Shown piece after piece: positions 1 through 8,616 of a DNA stretch of 20,000 nt. The translations under genes were made by a program, and so were the position numbers. Below the pieces are notes generated by a model. That model ran no database searches. It was given only the letters and a program-made list of their open reading frames with translations, and was not told the DNA's origin. Location: the IMG/VR virus record IMGVR_UViG_3300010883_000018; one strand, written 5' to 3'. This stretch comes from an uncultured virus (IMG/VR IMGVR_UViG_3300010883_000018). Lineage: Duplodnaviria; Heunggongvirae; Uroviricota; Caudoviricetes. Position 1 is the stretch's first letter, and each line of letters begins with the position of its first letter.

Positions 1-2
1 CC

Positions 3-323
3 TTTGAGCGTCGTGAGGTCTTGGGTGTGATTGCTACTGGTGTGTGGGCTGTGGGCGTGAGCTTCAACTCCCTGCAAGTGTTGGTGCGGGCCGGTGGCGG
101 TACCAGCGAGACCGATAGCATTCAGATACCTGGCAGAGTGGGTCGCATTGACCCCGATACCGGTAAACCTTGCGGGTTGTTGATTGACGTGATGGACGAG
201 TTTGACAGCGGCTGCTTAGCGAATTCGCGTAAACGGCGACAAGCTTACGCTAAACAGGGTTGGGTACAGTACAACCCCGACGGCACACTCTGGGCAACAA
301 GGGGGAAGCATGCCACTGTATGA
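3..323 (+). CDS. Superfamily 2 helicase, C-terminal fragment (5' end outside the window)
   Basis: The frame is open from the window edge (FERREVLGVIAT...). VIATGVWAVGVSF matches SF2 motif V and SIQIPGRVGR matches motif VI (QxxGRxxR), followed by LLIDVMD as in phage UvsW/res-type helicases. Confidence 0.8.
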   Translation, partial: FERREVLGVIATGVWAVGVSFNSLQVLVRAGGGTSETDSIQIPGRVGRIDPDTGKPCGLLIDVMDEFDSGCLANSRKRRQAYAKQGWVQYNPDGTLWATRGKHATV

Positions 324-1026
324 CCGCCAACCCCGCCGCGTAGCCGTGGGCGATAGGCGATATTCCGTATCGCCTGCTTGCCGGGAGAAGGATCCCGTTA
401 CAGTGCTGGCGGAGCAGGTACGCGAGGCGTACTTCCGTGAATATCGTGACTGGGTGTTGCGTGTACGTAGTACTGAGTCGCATCGCGGGCTCTCGCCTGA
501 ACCCCGATGGGACGGCGGTTTGCATACTGACGGTAAGAATTACAGGCCGGTCTGGGTGCAAATTGCAGATGCCCTTATTAAGGCCCAATGCCATTCAGCC
601 GACTTATATATCGGCGCGCAGTTCGTTGGGCGGTCTATTCCGCAGCCTAATCAGTTACTGACAGCTGCAGCGTGGACTCGCTACATCGAGAATACGCACG
701 CGTTGGAGTCACAGATCCGGTACCGCTATACCGGTGACGCGGATCGTTTTACGTTTGCTGTTTTGGAAACCGGGTACCTTTACCCGCAAAAGCAGGTACG
801 TGATGTGTGGCTTCACGTGTTACGGAATTGGAATTACGACCTCTCGCCACTGTTCTGCGCGATCGTGGCGGAGGCCAATAATTTTCCAGATGTAGTGGAG
901 ATGTTTCGTGAACTAGCTATCGACCAGTACAAGAAATTACCAGTTGCTTACGACACTTACTGGGGCAGCTGTGTGCCTGAGTGGGTACGCGCAACGACTC
1001 AAGGAGTGGAGTCTACGCATGACTGA
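310..1026 (+). CDS. Hypothetical protein (238 aa)
   Basis: Overlaps the upstream helicase end and the downstream helicase start, as expected for a coupled gene. No motif recognised. Confidence 0.75.
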   Translation: MPLYDRQPRRVAVGDRRYSVSPACREKDPVTVLAEQVREAYFREYRDWVLRVRSTESHRGLSPEPRWDGGLHTDGKNYRPVWVQIADALIKAQCHSADLYIGAQFVGRSIPQPNQLLTAAAWTRYIENTHALESQIRYRYTGDADRFTFAVLETGYLYPQKQVRDVWLHVLRNWNYDLSPLFCAIVAEANNFPDVVEMFRELAIDQYKKLPVAYDTYWGSCVPEWVRATTQGVESTHD

Positions 1027-2632
1027 TGAGATTAGGGACAGGTCTATCAATCTTGACCAGATCACGCTGGAGTGGTTGTTGGTGCACATGGTCCGGTGTG
1101 ATCGTGTGTTCCAGGTAGCTAAGGACGCGGTACCGCCTGACGTTTGGCAATACCAACTAGGACTACGGACTATCTGGGAGGAAGTGCTCCACGAGTACGA
1201 GTCAGTGCGACTCTTACCTGACTACTATCGACTGTGGCAACTGGTGATGAGCCGGTTCTCGGCAACAAGTGAACTACCCGCGACGATTGTGGAGGACGCC
1301 GCGAACTTGTTGCAGTGGATGTTCAATACAGAGGTCAACAACGCTGATACTTTCAGGCCTGTGGCTGCTATCGATGTGATGCAGCAGTTTCTTATTCAGC
1401 GGCAGGTGGATACACCGCTACGTACGGCGCTTGGCGCCATGCCTAACGACCAAGTTGGCCAGCTACCTGTGGTGTTACACCGAGCTGCTGAGGATGTCGC
1501 TAGGATCCAGTCCCTGGGCGTTGCGGATCCGCGCAGTGTGATCCCAGCTAGTTGGGATGCCTCGGCGCGCCCTGTGATTCCTTGTGGCGTCGATATGATC
1601 GACCATCGAATGAATGGCGGGTCTGAGGCTGGCGAGACGCACGTACTATTGGGCCCGACTGGTGTGGGTAAGACCACGCTCGCTACTGACATTGTGGTCT
1701 CTGCCGGAAAGCGGTTCCATGCCGAGGCTGTTCAGGGTGGCGCGTTGAAGGCGGCAATTTATATCTCGTATGAAGATATTTTCGAATCGATGTCTAAACG
1801 CGTTATTGCAAACGCCGCCAGCATCAAGCGATCGAATCTGGACGCGATGACGAGTTACCACGATTTGTCACGTACAGGTCACGTGCATGCCTACGAACGC
1901 CGACTACCGGGCGGTAACGATGTGAATCCACCCGGGGAATACGAACGATTGATGGCAGCCAAGCAGTGGACCGATACGCACGTGCAAGGTTTGGACTTCT
2001 CTGGTTGTCATACCCCCGGGGCTCCGATACGTGGTTTTGGTGGCCTCAACGAGGTTCGTTATGCGGTGGACGCCCTTGCGGACCATACACAAGTCAGACC
2101 TGGTTTAATCATGCTCGATTATGCCGGGCTGTGCGTGAATCGGTCATTACAACGCAGTAGTGGTGACGTCGCACGTCTGCAATTTATGGCGTTACGGGAC
2201 TTCGTTGCGAGATGTACCGATACGCTGACAGCCAAGTTCCAATGCCCCATTTGGGTGTTACATCAGATCAAGGGTGCCAAGGTAGGCGGATCACCGACTG
2301 CAGAGTTGGATCATTCGGACGCCGAGGGTTGCTCGTCTTTTGCTGCCAATGCGTGGTTCGCTTTTGTTTTGTCAAATAAGGACAAGAAGACAAATACCTG
2401 CCTTCTGCGTTGTACCAAGTCGCGGCGAGCCGAGAGCCAAGCTGATGCGATCTGCTACATCAATGGCGATTTTTGCAAGCTGGATGACGCTAGTCATCGT
2501 TTCAAGATAGACAAGGTAACTAGAAGAATTGTCCCCAACGGAGACGCTAGTCAGTTAAGCGACAACGTACCAGGAGTACAACCGAGTCCGGCGATGAGTA
2601 TGCCTTCCGTGGACCAAGATATGGGGTTTTAA
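1019..2632 (+). CDS. Replicative DnaB-like SF4 helicase
   Basis: Start placed at ATG 1019 behind AAGGAGTGGAG. Walker A GPTGVGKT, YISYE (catalytic Glu), Walker B LIMLDY, WVLHQ (H3), and a KSRR arginine-finger region. Directly upstream of the primase. Confidence 0.88.
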   Translation: MTDEIRDRSINLDQITLEWLLVHMVRCDRVFQVAKDAVPPDVWQYQLGLRTIWEEVLHEYESVRLLPDYYRLWQLVMSRFSATSELPATIVEDAANLLQWMFNTEVNNADTFRPVAAIDVMQQFLIQRQVDTPLRTALGAMPNDQVGQLPVVLHRAAEDVARIQSLGVADPRSVIPASWDASARPVIPCGVDMIDHRMNGGSEAGETHVLLGPTGVGKTTLATDIVVSAGKRFHAEAVQGGALKAAIYISYEDIFESMSKRVIANAASIKRSNLDAMTSYHDLSRTGHVHAYERRLPGGNDVNPPGEYERLMAAKQWTDTHVQGLDFSGCHTPGAPIRGFGGLNEVRYAVDALADHTQVRPGLIMLDYAGLCVNRSLQRSSGDVARLQFMALRDFVARCTDTLTAKFQCPIWVLHQIKGAKVGGSPTAELDHSDAEGCSSFAANAWFAFVLSNKDKKTNTCLLRCTKSRRAESQADAICYINGDFCKLDDASHRFKIDKVTRRIVPNGDASQLSDNVPGVQPSPAMSMPSVDQDMGF

Positions 2633-2633
2633 G

Positions 2634-3695
2634 ATGAGCGATTTCGAACCACTCAATACTTTTTTGCACATACGGTTACAGCAGCTGTTCGGTAAAGTAC
2701 TGACGGCTAATTCGGGCATAGCAGCCCAGTGTGATACGAGCGGACCGCGACCGAAACTAGTGAAGAATCGCGGAGAGATGTATCGCGTGCGCTGTCCCTT
2801 CTGTCAGGACACGCGACTGCGGTTACACATCCATCATCGCTGGGGCACTGGCTTCCCTGAGTTGGGTGTCGACGATCGGTTTTGGTTTGCTTGGCGGTGT
2901 TGGAACGAGGAGTGTCAGGACGACCCTGCCAATCGGAAATGGCTGAAGGATAGGGTCTACCAGGATTTGGGTCGCGCTAGGCGATCCAACATTACGGTGC
3001 GACCGGGTAACGTCGAGCCTAAAGAACTATTGCGGCGGGATTTTCCCGGGATCAGTTATCCGCTTGCTGCGTTGTCTGATCAGCACCCCAGTCGGGCGTA
3101 TCTGCGAGATCGCGGCTGGAATGCACAGCACCTTTGCGAGTTGTACAACTTGCATTTCTGCGAGCACGCTGATGGCGAACTGCGGTTAGCGACTAACCGT
3201 ATTGTCGTGCCTGTCTACCAGCACGGTGAGATGGTCGGCTGGCAAGCACGGTACGTTGGCGACATCGATTTTAAGGCAACACGGATACCGAAGTATTTCA
3301 CTTGCCCAGGCATGTACACTTCGGCGTGCCTTTACGGTTACGACCAAGCGACGACGTCTCCGGTGGCCTTCCTCTGCGAGGGTGTGACGGACGTGTGGGC
3401 AGTCGGCCCCGGTGCTATGGCGTTATTCGGCAAGCGGTCGCTGTTGGATCCTAAGCAGGCCATGCTGCTAGCACACCACTGGAAGTATCTAGTGATACTG
3501 CTGGATCCGGATGCTGCGGTGGAAGCCGAGGCACTTTGTCTCAGTCTGCGGGCAGCGATTCCGCACATCATTAAAGTTCAATTACCAAAGGGAACGGATC
3601 CTGCGGCGATCAATACGGACGTACTGTGGGATCTCATTTATGGATCTGCAGCGGCTCAGGGCATTGATCTCGCGGACGTATGCGAAGCAGTATGA
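2634..3695 (+). CDS. DNA primase (Zn-binding domain plus TOPRIM)
   Basis: N-terminal CPFC...CWNEEC zinc ligands; YLRDRG, RIVVPV, VGWQAR and PKY motifs; TOPRIM motifs LCEGVTDVW and LLDPD; C-terminal GTDPA. Confidence 0.9.
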   Translation: MSDFEPLNTFLHIRLQQLFGKVLTANSGIAAQCDTSGPRPKLVKNRGEMYRVRCPFCQDTRLRLHIHHRWGTGFPELGVDDRFWFAWRCWNEECQDDPANRKWLKDRVYQDLGRARRSNITVRPGNVEPKELLRRDFPGISYPLAALSDQHPSRAYLRDRGWNAQHLCELYNLHFCEHADGELRLATNRIVVPVYQHGEMVGWQARYVGDIDFKATRIPKYFTCPGMYTSACLYGYDQATTSPVAFLCEGVTDVWAVGPGAMALFGKRSLLDPKQAMLLAHHWKYLVILLDPDAAVEAEALCLSLRAAIPHIIKVQLPKGTDPAAINTDVLWDLIYGSAAAQGIDLADVCEAV

Positions 3696-6600
3696 GCATC
3701 ACAACTTTAGACACTGACGAGCTGCGGGCGGTTTTCGAACGCAATATGGAGATGCCGGCGGCTAGGCAATTTCAGATGTTCCCATTTGCCTCTGCCGGTA
3801 TGCCAGAGGCGGGTGCGGACTTTTCCGATCACGCTAAGTATCTTGTCGGTACTCGCGAGACGGCGGAGGAACAGGCAGAAGCCGTTAGGTGGGAACTAAA
3901 CAAACTGTATTTGCGAGCGCTATATGATCCGAGCACGTTTCAGATACCGGTTGCCGTTAAGGGCCGGCAGGAACAGGCTCGGATCATCCCAGGTCATTAC
4001 TGGGGTCGCCAAGCCTGCGGGCCGGCACCCTGTGAGGATACTGGTAAGCCTCGCGTGATGGTTGTGGGTAAGATGCCCAGTCACGAGGACCTCCGCGAGA
4101 GTCGCAACTTTATTGGCCCGAGTGGTCAGCAGTTGGGCCGTACGTTGGAGCATATCAATCCCGCAGGTTATTCCGAGCTGCGTGACTGGTACATCTGTAA
4201 TCTCGTACGTTGGATCCAACTGGACCCGCAGGGCGGTGCGTTACCTCAGCGGTGGATTAAAGATTGTCTGCCGTTGCTGCACCAAGAGTTGCGTATTGTA
4301 CGACCGGAGTTCATTCTTTGTCTTGGCGCCGAAGCCACTAAGGCTGTCTGCGGTAAGGCATGTAGTGTGTCCAATATGGTCGGGCGTTATGTAGAGGTGG
4401 AGTTCCCATGTAATGCACCTGATGAGCCGCCGGCTACGCATACGGCCAAAGTCATGGCTGCAGTTCACCCCGCCGCGGTATTACGTACGACGGATCACTA
4501 CCCGCAATTTGAAGCTACGCTACGGAATTTTCTGGAGCTGGTGAATGGCAATGATTTCAGCACACCCAGTAGTGCGCTTGAGATCAAGTATGTCTACAAG
4601 GTGCGAGATTTGGCTGCGATTGTGGATGAGGTAATTGCGCAGCCTGGGTTGAAGAAGATTGCAGTGGATGCTGAGTGGCATGGCAATCATCCCGGTGAAC
4701 CTGGGTCGTATTTACGGTCAGTGCAATTCAGTTACGCAGATGACTCGGCGGTGGTTGTCGTGCTCACCCATCAGGGTGGCGCGCCAGCCTTTATGCCTAG
4801 TGAGGCGTCGGCTATGCGGGAGCTGTCGCGACTGTTAGATCGCGATGATGTGCAGATTATTGGTCACTTCTTCGCGGCCGATCTACCTTGGTTGGAGCAC
4901 CATGGTGTGCGGATTGCGCATCGTTTTGTGGTACCAGCGGATCTGGAGTTGGTGCGGACGGGCGAGTATGCCGGCGGGTTTGATACGTCGCTGGCTGCCC
5001 ATGCACACAATGAGACGAGTGAATTCAAATTAGAGGTACTGGGCGTTCGTCACTGCGGTTCCGATCGCTGGGACGTGGAATTACAGACGTGGCTTAAAGC
5101 GTTTTGTCATGAGAATTCTTTGAAGCTAGAGGAGGTGGATGGTTACGGTGAGTGTCCTGCCGAAGTGCTACTACCTTACGGTGGCAAGGATGCAGCATAT
5201 ACACGCAAACTTCGGGACGTGTACGCAGCAGGCAGTGACAGCACACGGCCTGGCTTGTTGCACTGTGATCGTGTTGGCAATGATTGCTGGCTGCCGTTTC
5301 AGGTCTCCATGATGGCGTTTCCCGCTTTCCTCGAGATGCATATGACGGGCGTGAAAGTTGATCGCGAACGCATCGATTTTATGACCGACACTTTTCAAGC
5401 GGCGCGGGAGCGGGTGTTGGGTCAATTGCAAGCTGCAATTCGTTGGCCGACATTTAACCCCCGTAGCACGCAGCAGTGCGTGGAGTTCCTGTTTGGCGAG
5501 GCGTACAGCACAAAACGGGATGAGAACGGTAATCGCGTCTCTGTACGACCGGAGGGCGCCATGACGTTGGATCTCACTCCGGTGAAAACTACGGGCGCTC
5601 GGGGCAAAGCCTGGGCCCGCGTACAGGCTGATGGGGATAGTGATAAGTTCAACCCCAGTACCGATAAGGAAGTCTGCGGTATTCTGGGGCTAACCAATGA
5701 TTTGGCGTTACGGCTACGTGACGTACGTTTGATCGATCAAACCCTCAAATCAGTCTTTCGTGCGCCATTACGTGACGGCGGCGCGCTGGTTATCAGTGAG
5801 GGTCATCGTGTCTACAAGGGTGGCATCGCATCGTTCATCGGACATGACGATCGGATCCATAGCTTCTTCTCGCAGCATAAGGAAACGGGGCGGGCAAGCT
5901 CTAAACGCCCACCGCTCCAGAATCTGTCCAAGCGACGCGAGATGGATTACAAGCGGATTTTGGCGGATGCCTACCGCTATAAAATTCGCTCCTTCATGAC
6001 GAGTAATACGGATCCCGCGTACGGCGAGCCTACCGTACTGGTTGAGGCTGATTACAAGGGTGCCGAGTTGTTTGGTACAGCCACGCAGTCTCGTGACGAA
6101 GCGATGATTGATCATTGCCTGCGGGCAAACCTGCCGGAGGATCATCCGAATTTTTACGACATCCATTCCAATGTGGCCGTCAATGCTTTTCGTCTGGATT
6201 GTGAACCAACCAAATCCGGGCTCGCAAGCATCGACAAAGCAGATTTGCGGGTGGGTGCCAAGAACGTGATCTTCGGCGGATCGTATGGACGGTCGGCCGA
6301 AGCGATCGCACGCCAAGGCCAAGAGGAAGGCGTGCCTATGACTGAGCAGGATGCGGCCTCTATCCTGCAAGCGATTTTCGATATGTACCCTGGAATTCCT
6401 CAACTGCAAGAGGCGTTGCGTATGCGGGCTAAGAGCCCTTCCTGGGTCTGCAATTGTTTTGGCCGATATCGTCGCGTGATTCCTACGGGAGATCGTGGCG
6501 GCATGGGTGAGTTAGAGCGGCAGTTCCTCAATTACCCGTTCCAATCGATGGTGGCTGATGCTGTCAGCATTGCGCTGTATTACCTGCACAACCATCCCGA

Positions 6601-6943
6601 CAGGGAGCGATTGGGTTATCGGATCGTACTGCAAGTACACGATGCCGTGATCCTTGAGGTACCGACCCGTAGCTTGGATGACGTATGCCGTGTTGTGCTG
6701 CCTGAGTGCATGGAACAACGCGTCAAATTTAGGGCGTGCGATCTAGATGGTAGCGCTTACCCTGACAGTCCGGAATACAACTTCTCTATTGATAGCGAGG
6801 TGATGCTGCGGTGGGGTGAGCATATCCCGTGGTCAATCTGTGATGAATTAGGCATCAACCGCGAATACGGTTTTGCGGATGCATCGCCAGAACCGACACC
6901 AGATCCAGTCACTGTAGCCAATACCTTCGGTGACCGAGGATAA
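3692..6943 (+). CDS. Family A DNA polymerase with N-terminal family-4 UDG-like domain and 3'-5' exonuclease domain
   Basis: ATGA overlap with the primase stop. UDG-like motifs VMVVGKMP, NFIGPSG, YICN, ELRIVRPEFILCLGAEA, HPAAVLR. Exonuclease motifs AVDAE, GHFFAAD, YGGKD. Polymerase motifs ETGRASS..PPLQN, A (ADYKGAEL), B (RVGAKNVIFGGSYG), NYPFQS, C (QVHDAV). Confidence 0.93.
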   Translation: MSITTLDTDELRAVFERNMEMPAARQFQMFPFASAGMPEAGADFSDHAKYLVGTRETAEEQAEAVRWELNKLYLRALYDPSTFQIPVAVKGRQEQARIIPGHYWGRQACGPAPCEDTGKPRVMVVGKMPSHEDLRESRNFIGPSGQQLGRTLEHINPAGYSELRDWYICNLVRWIQLDPQGGALPQRWIKDCLPLLHQELRIVRPEFILCLGAEATKAVCGKACSVSNMVGRYVEVEFPCNAPDEPPATHTAKVMAAVHPAAVLRTTDHYPQFEATLRNFLELVNGNDFSTPSSALEIKYVYKVRDLAAIVDEVIAQPGLKKIAVDAEWHGNHPGEPGSYLRSVQFSYADDSAVVVVLTHQGGAPAFMPSEASAMRELSRLLDRDDVQIIGHFFAADLPWLEHHGVRIAHRFVVPADLELVRTGEYAGGFDTSLAAHAHNETSEFKLEVLGVRHCGSDRWDVELQTWLKAFCHENSLKLEEVDGYGECPAEVLLPYGGKDAAYTRKLRDVYAAGSDSTRPGLLHCDRVGNDCWLPFQVSMMAFPAFLEMHMTGVKVDRERIDFMTDTFQAARERVLGQLQAAIRWPTFNPRSTQQCVEFLFGEAYSTKRDENGNRVSVRPEGAMTLDLTPVKTTGARGKAWARVQADGDSDKFNPSTDKEVCGILGLTNDLALRLRDVRLIDQTLKSVFRAPLRDGGALVISEGHRVYKGGIASFIGHDDRIHSFFSQHKETGRASSKRPPLQNLSKRREMDYKRILADAYRYKIRSFMTSNTDPAYGEPTVLVEADYKGAELFGTATQSRDEAMIDHCLRANLPEDHPNFYDIHSNVAVNAFRLDCEPTKSGLASIDKADLRVGAKNVIFGGSYGRSAEAIARQGQEEGVPMTEQDAASILQAIFDMYPGIPQLQEALRMRAKSPSWVCNCFGRYRRVIPTGDRGGMGELERQFLNYPFQSMVADAVSIALYYLHNHPDRERLGYRIVLQVHDAVILEVPTRSLDDVCRVVLPECMEQRVKFRACDLDGSAYPDSPEYNFSIDSEVMLRWGEHIPWSICDELGINREYGFADASPEPTPDPVTVANTFGDRG

Positions 6944-6945
6944 GC

Positions 6946-7000
6946 ACTTTTTACTGTCCGTGTTACTTTTTACTGTTTGCGTTACTTTTTACTTTTGGAG
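6946..7000 (+). repeat. Three tandem copies of a 19-nt T-rich unit (third truncated) ending in the RBS of the next gene
   Basis: ACTTTTTACTGTCCGTGTT (6946-6964), ACTTTTTACTGTTTGCGTT (6965-6983), ACTTTTTACTTTTGGAG (6984-7000). Confidence 0.88.
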
Positions 7001-7006
7001 ACAGGT

Positions 7007-8542
7007 ATGCCACGAACGAACGAGCCAGTTACTCGTCGTTATCGATTCAAGGACGACGGGGGCAGCTCCCGTACTGGGTTGCAGGGCGTTTACGTCCTCA
7101 AGGACAACTCCGGTTGTCAGATCTACAAGCCGACGTGGAATCACACCAGGACGGTGTTCCGGCTGTTCCCGGGTCGGAATCCTGAGGATTTGACCCAACT
7201 AGATCCTTGCCGAATGAGCGAGGAACCGCGGGATTACGGCGATTGGATTCGGCGCTACGATGCGGTGACTGGGCTGGGGTATCCTGGCATCACCTACCTG
7301 ATGCGGGATCCGCGAGAGCCTGGCGTGGACATTCAACAGAACCCCGCTTGGTTGCTCTTCCGCGCCATCGACGGGGCTATGAAGAAGGGTACGGGACAAG
7401 CGAGTTGGACCCCGTTGATGCATGGCCAGGCAGGCCGCGGTGCGGCTATCAGTCGCCCGACGGATATCTACTTAGCGCAAGGTGTGCTGATGGAGCACAA
7501 GTCACAGCCGAAATCTCCGCCGATGGGTTTGGATCCCGAAGGGAGTACGATTGTGATGATGACGAGTCAGTCGGCCGGCGAGGCGTTGATGGACTCGCTA
7601 GACGAGAAGAACTCGGATGGTACTTGGAAGTGGGCAGACATTACCCACATAGACGGCGGTGCCTTCATTGACCTGCATCAGGAAGGTACACCGGACTTTA
7701 CCGGGCAAGGGCAGCAACAACAGCAGCAAGCCGGGCCTATGTTAGGAGTCGGTGCTGCGACTGTGGGCAATGCCGGACGCGGCCGCGGCGGCGGGTCGGG
7801 CTTCAGCCGATATGAATGTACGTTACGGACGGACTATCACCAGACGCCGGCTGTTTTGACAGCGGCAGCGGAAATTGTGTACGCCAAGATAAAGCCGTTT
7901 GATGAGATCATTCGGGTACCAACCATCGAAGAGCAAGTCCGTTACATTTGCAATGCGGGACTGCCAGCATCCGCTGTGGTTTACGCACTGCAGGACATGT
8001 ATGGCGAGTTCATTCCGGAGACCGTATACGAGCAGGCTCGCGCGGAAACTACGCGTGGACAGGTTGCCGTAACTGCTGCACCAGCACAAGGTGCGGTTGT
8101 CCCAGCACCCCCCGGTCCGACACTAGCGCCAGGCGTACCCGCAACGGGTCAAATGCTTGGGGTGCCCACTGGAACACCGACACCACCATTACAAACACCA
8201 CCGCCACCAAGTGCGGCACTCGGACAGCCCGCACCACCAGTACCGACGCAACAGGCGCCGATGCTTGGCGCGCCGCCCGTAGTAGCACCGGCGGCAGCAC
8301 CCCTGGCAGCACCTCAGGTGCCGATGCTTGGGGCGTCACCTGTACCACCTATGGCGACCCCGCAGCAATCTGCAGCGGTAGTGCCACAAGCTACAGCGCC
8401 CACGGTACTGCAACCTGCGGCTCCACAGGGGCAACCAGAAGCGCCGCCATTTGATCCCCAGCCAACACACGCAGATCCAGCGACGGCGCAGGCTACTGCG
8501 GACGCGTTGGCCCAAGCAAGGGAGCGTGCACGCCAAGTTTAG
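7007..8542 (+). CDS. Probable phage single-stranded DNA-binding protein with a long Pro/Ala/Gln-rich C-terminal tail
   Basis: ATG 7007 with GGAG at 6997-7000. Lies between the polymerase and the recombinase. TVFRLFP resembles the (V/I)RFLP strand of gp32-like SSBs; aromatic-rich N-terminal domain and a low-complexity tail. The gene is clear; the function is inferred. Confidence 0.55.
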   Translation: MPRTNEPVTRRYRFKDDGGSSRTGLQGVYVLKDNSGCQIYKPTWNHTRTVFRLFPGRNPEDLTQLDPCRMSEEPRDYGDWIRRYDAVTGLGYPGITYLMRDPREPGVDIQQNPAWLLFRAIDGAMKKGTGQASWTPLMHGQAGRGAAISRPTDIYLAQGVLMEHKSQPKSPPMGLDPEGSTIVMMTSQSAGEALMDSLDEKNSDGTWKWADITHIDGGAFIDLHQEGTPDFTGQGQQQQQQAGPMLGVGAATVGNAGRGRGGGSGFSRYECTLRTDYHQTPAVLTAAAEIVYAKIKPFDEIIRVPTIEEQVRYICNAGLPASAVVYALQDMYGEFIPETVYEQARAETTRGQVAVTAAPAQGAVVPAPPGPTLAPGVPATGQMLGVPTGTPTPPLQTPPPPSAALGQPAPPVPTQQAPMLGAPPVVAPAAAPLAAPQVPMLGASPVPPMATPQQSAAVVPQATAPTVLQPAAPQGQPEAPPFDPQPTHADPATAQATADALAQARERARQV

Positions 8543-8553
8543 GCCACATGGTT

Positions 8554-8606
8554 AATTGTCACGGGCTGTCCCGTGAGGGGCAGCCGTGGCAATTGGCTTG
8601 TTTTTT
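8554..8606 (+). terminator. Long hairpin with a GTGA (GNRA) loop followed by a T tract; probable intrinsic terminator or processing site
   Basis: AATTGTCACGGGCTGTCCC-GTGA-GGGGCAGCCGTGGCAATT (8554-8594) forms about 18 bp with two G-U pairs and one bulge, followed by GGCTTGTTTTTT. Confidence 0.7.
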
Positions 8607-8616
8607 GGAGAGATTG

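Noticed and set aside
5768..6409. 213-aa minus-strand ORF and the other antisense ORFs
   Set aside because: They shadow well-supported plus-strand genes and show no motifs.
3692..6943. Intein or intron in the long polymerase; alternative genetic code
   Set aside because: The length is explained by the UDG, exonuclease and polymerase domains, and no intein splice or LAGLIDADG motifs were seen. TAA, TAG and TGA all end genes normally.
6946..7000. Repeats as a mini CRISPR array
   Set aside because: The period is only 19 nt, there are no spacer-length unique segments, and no cas genes are present.
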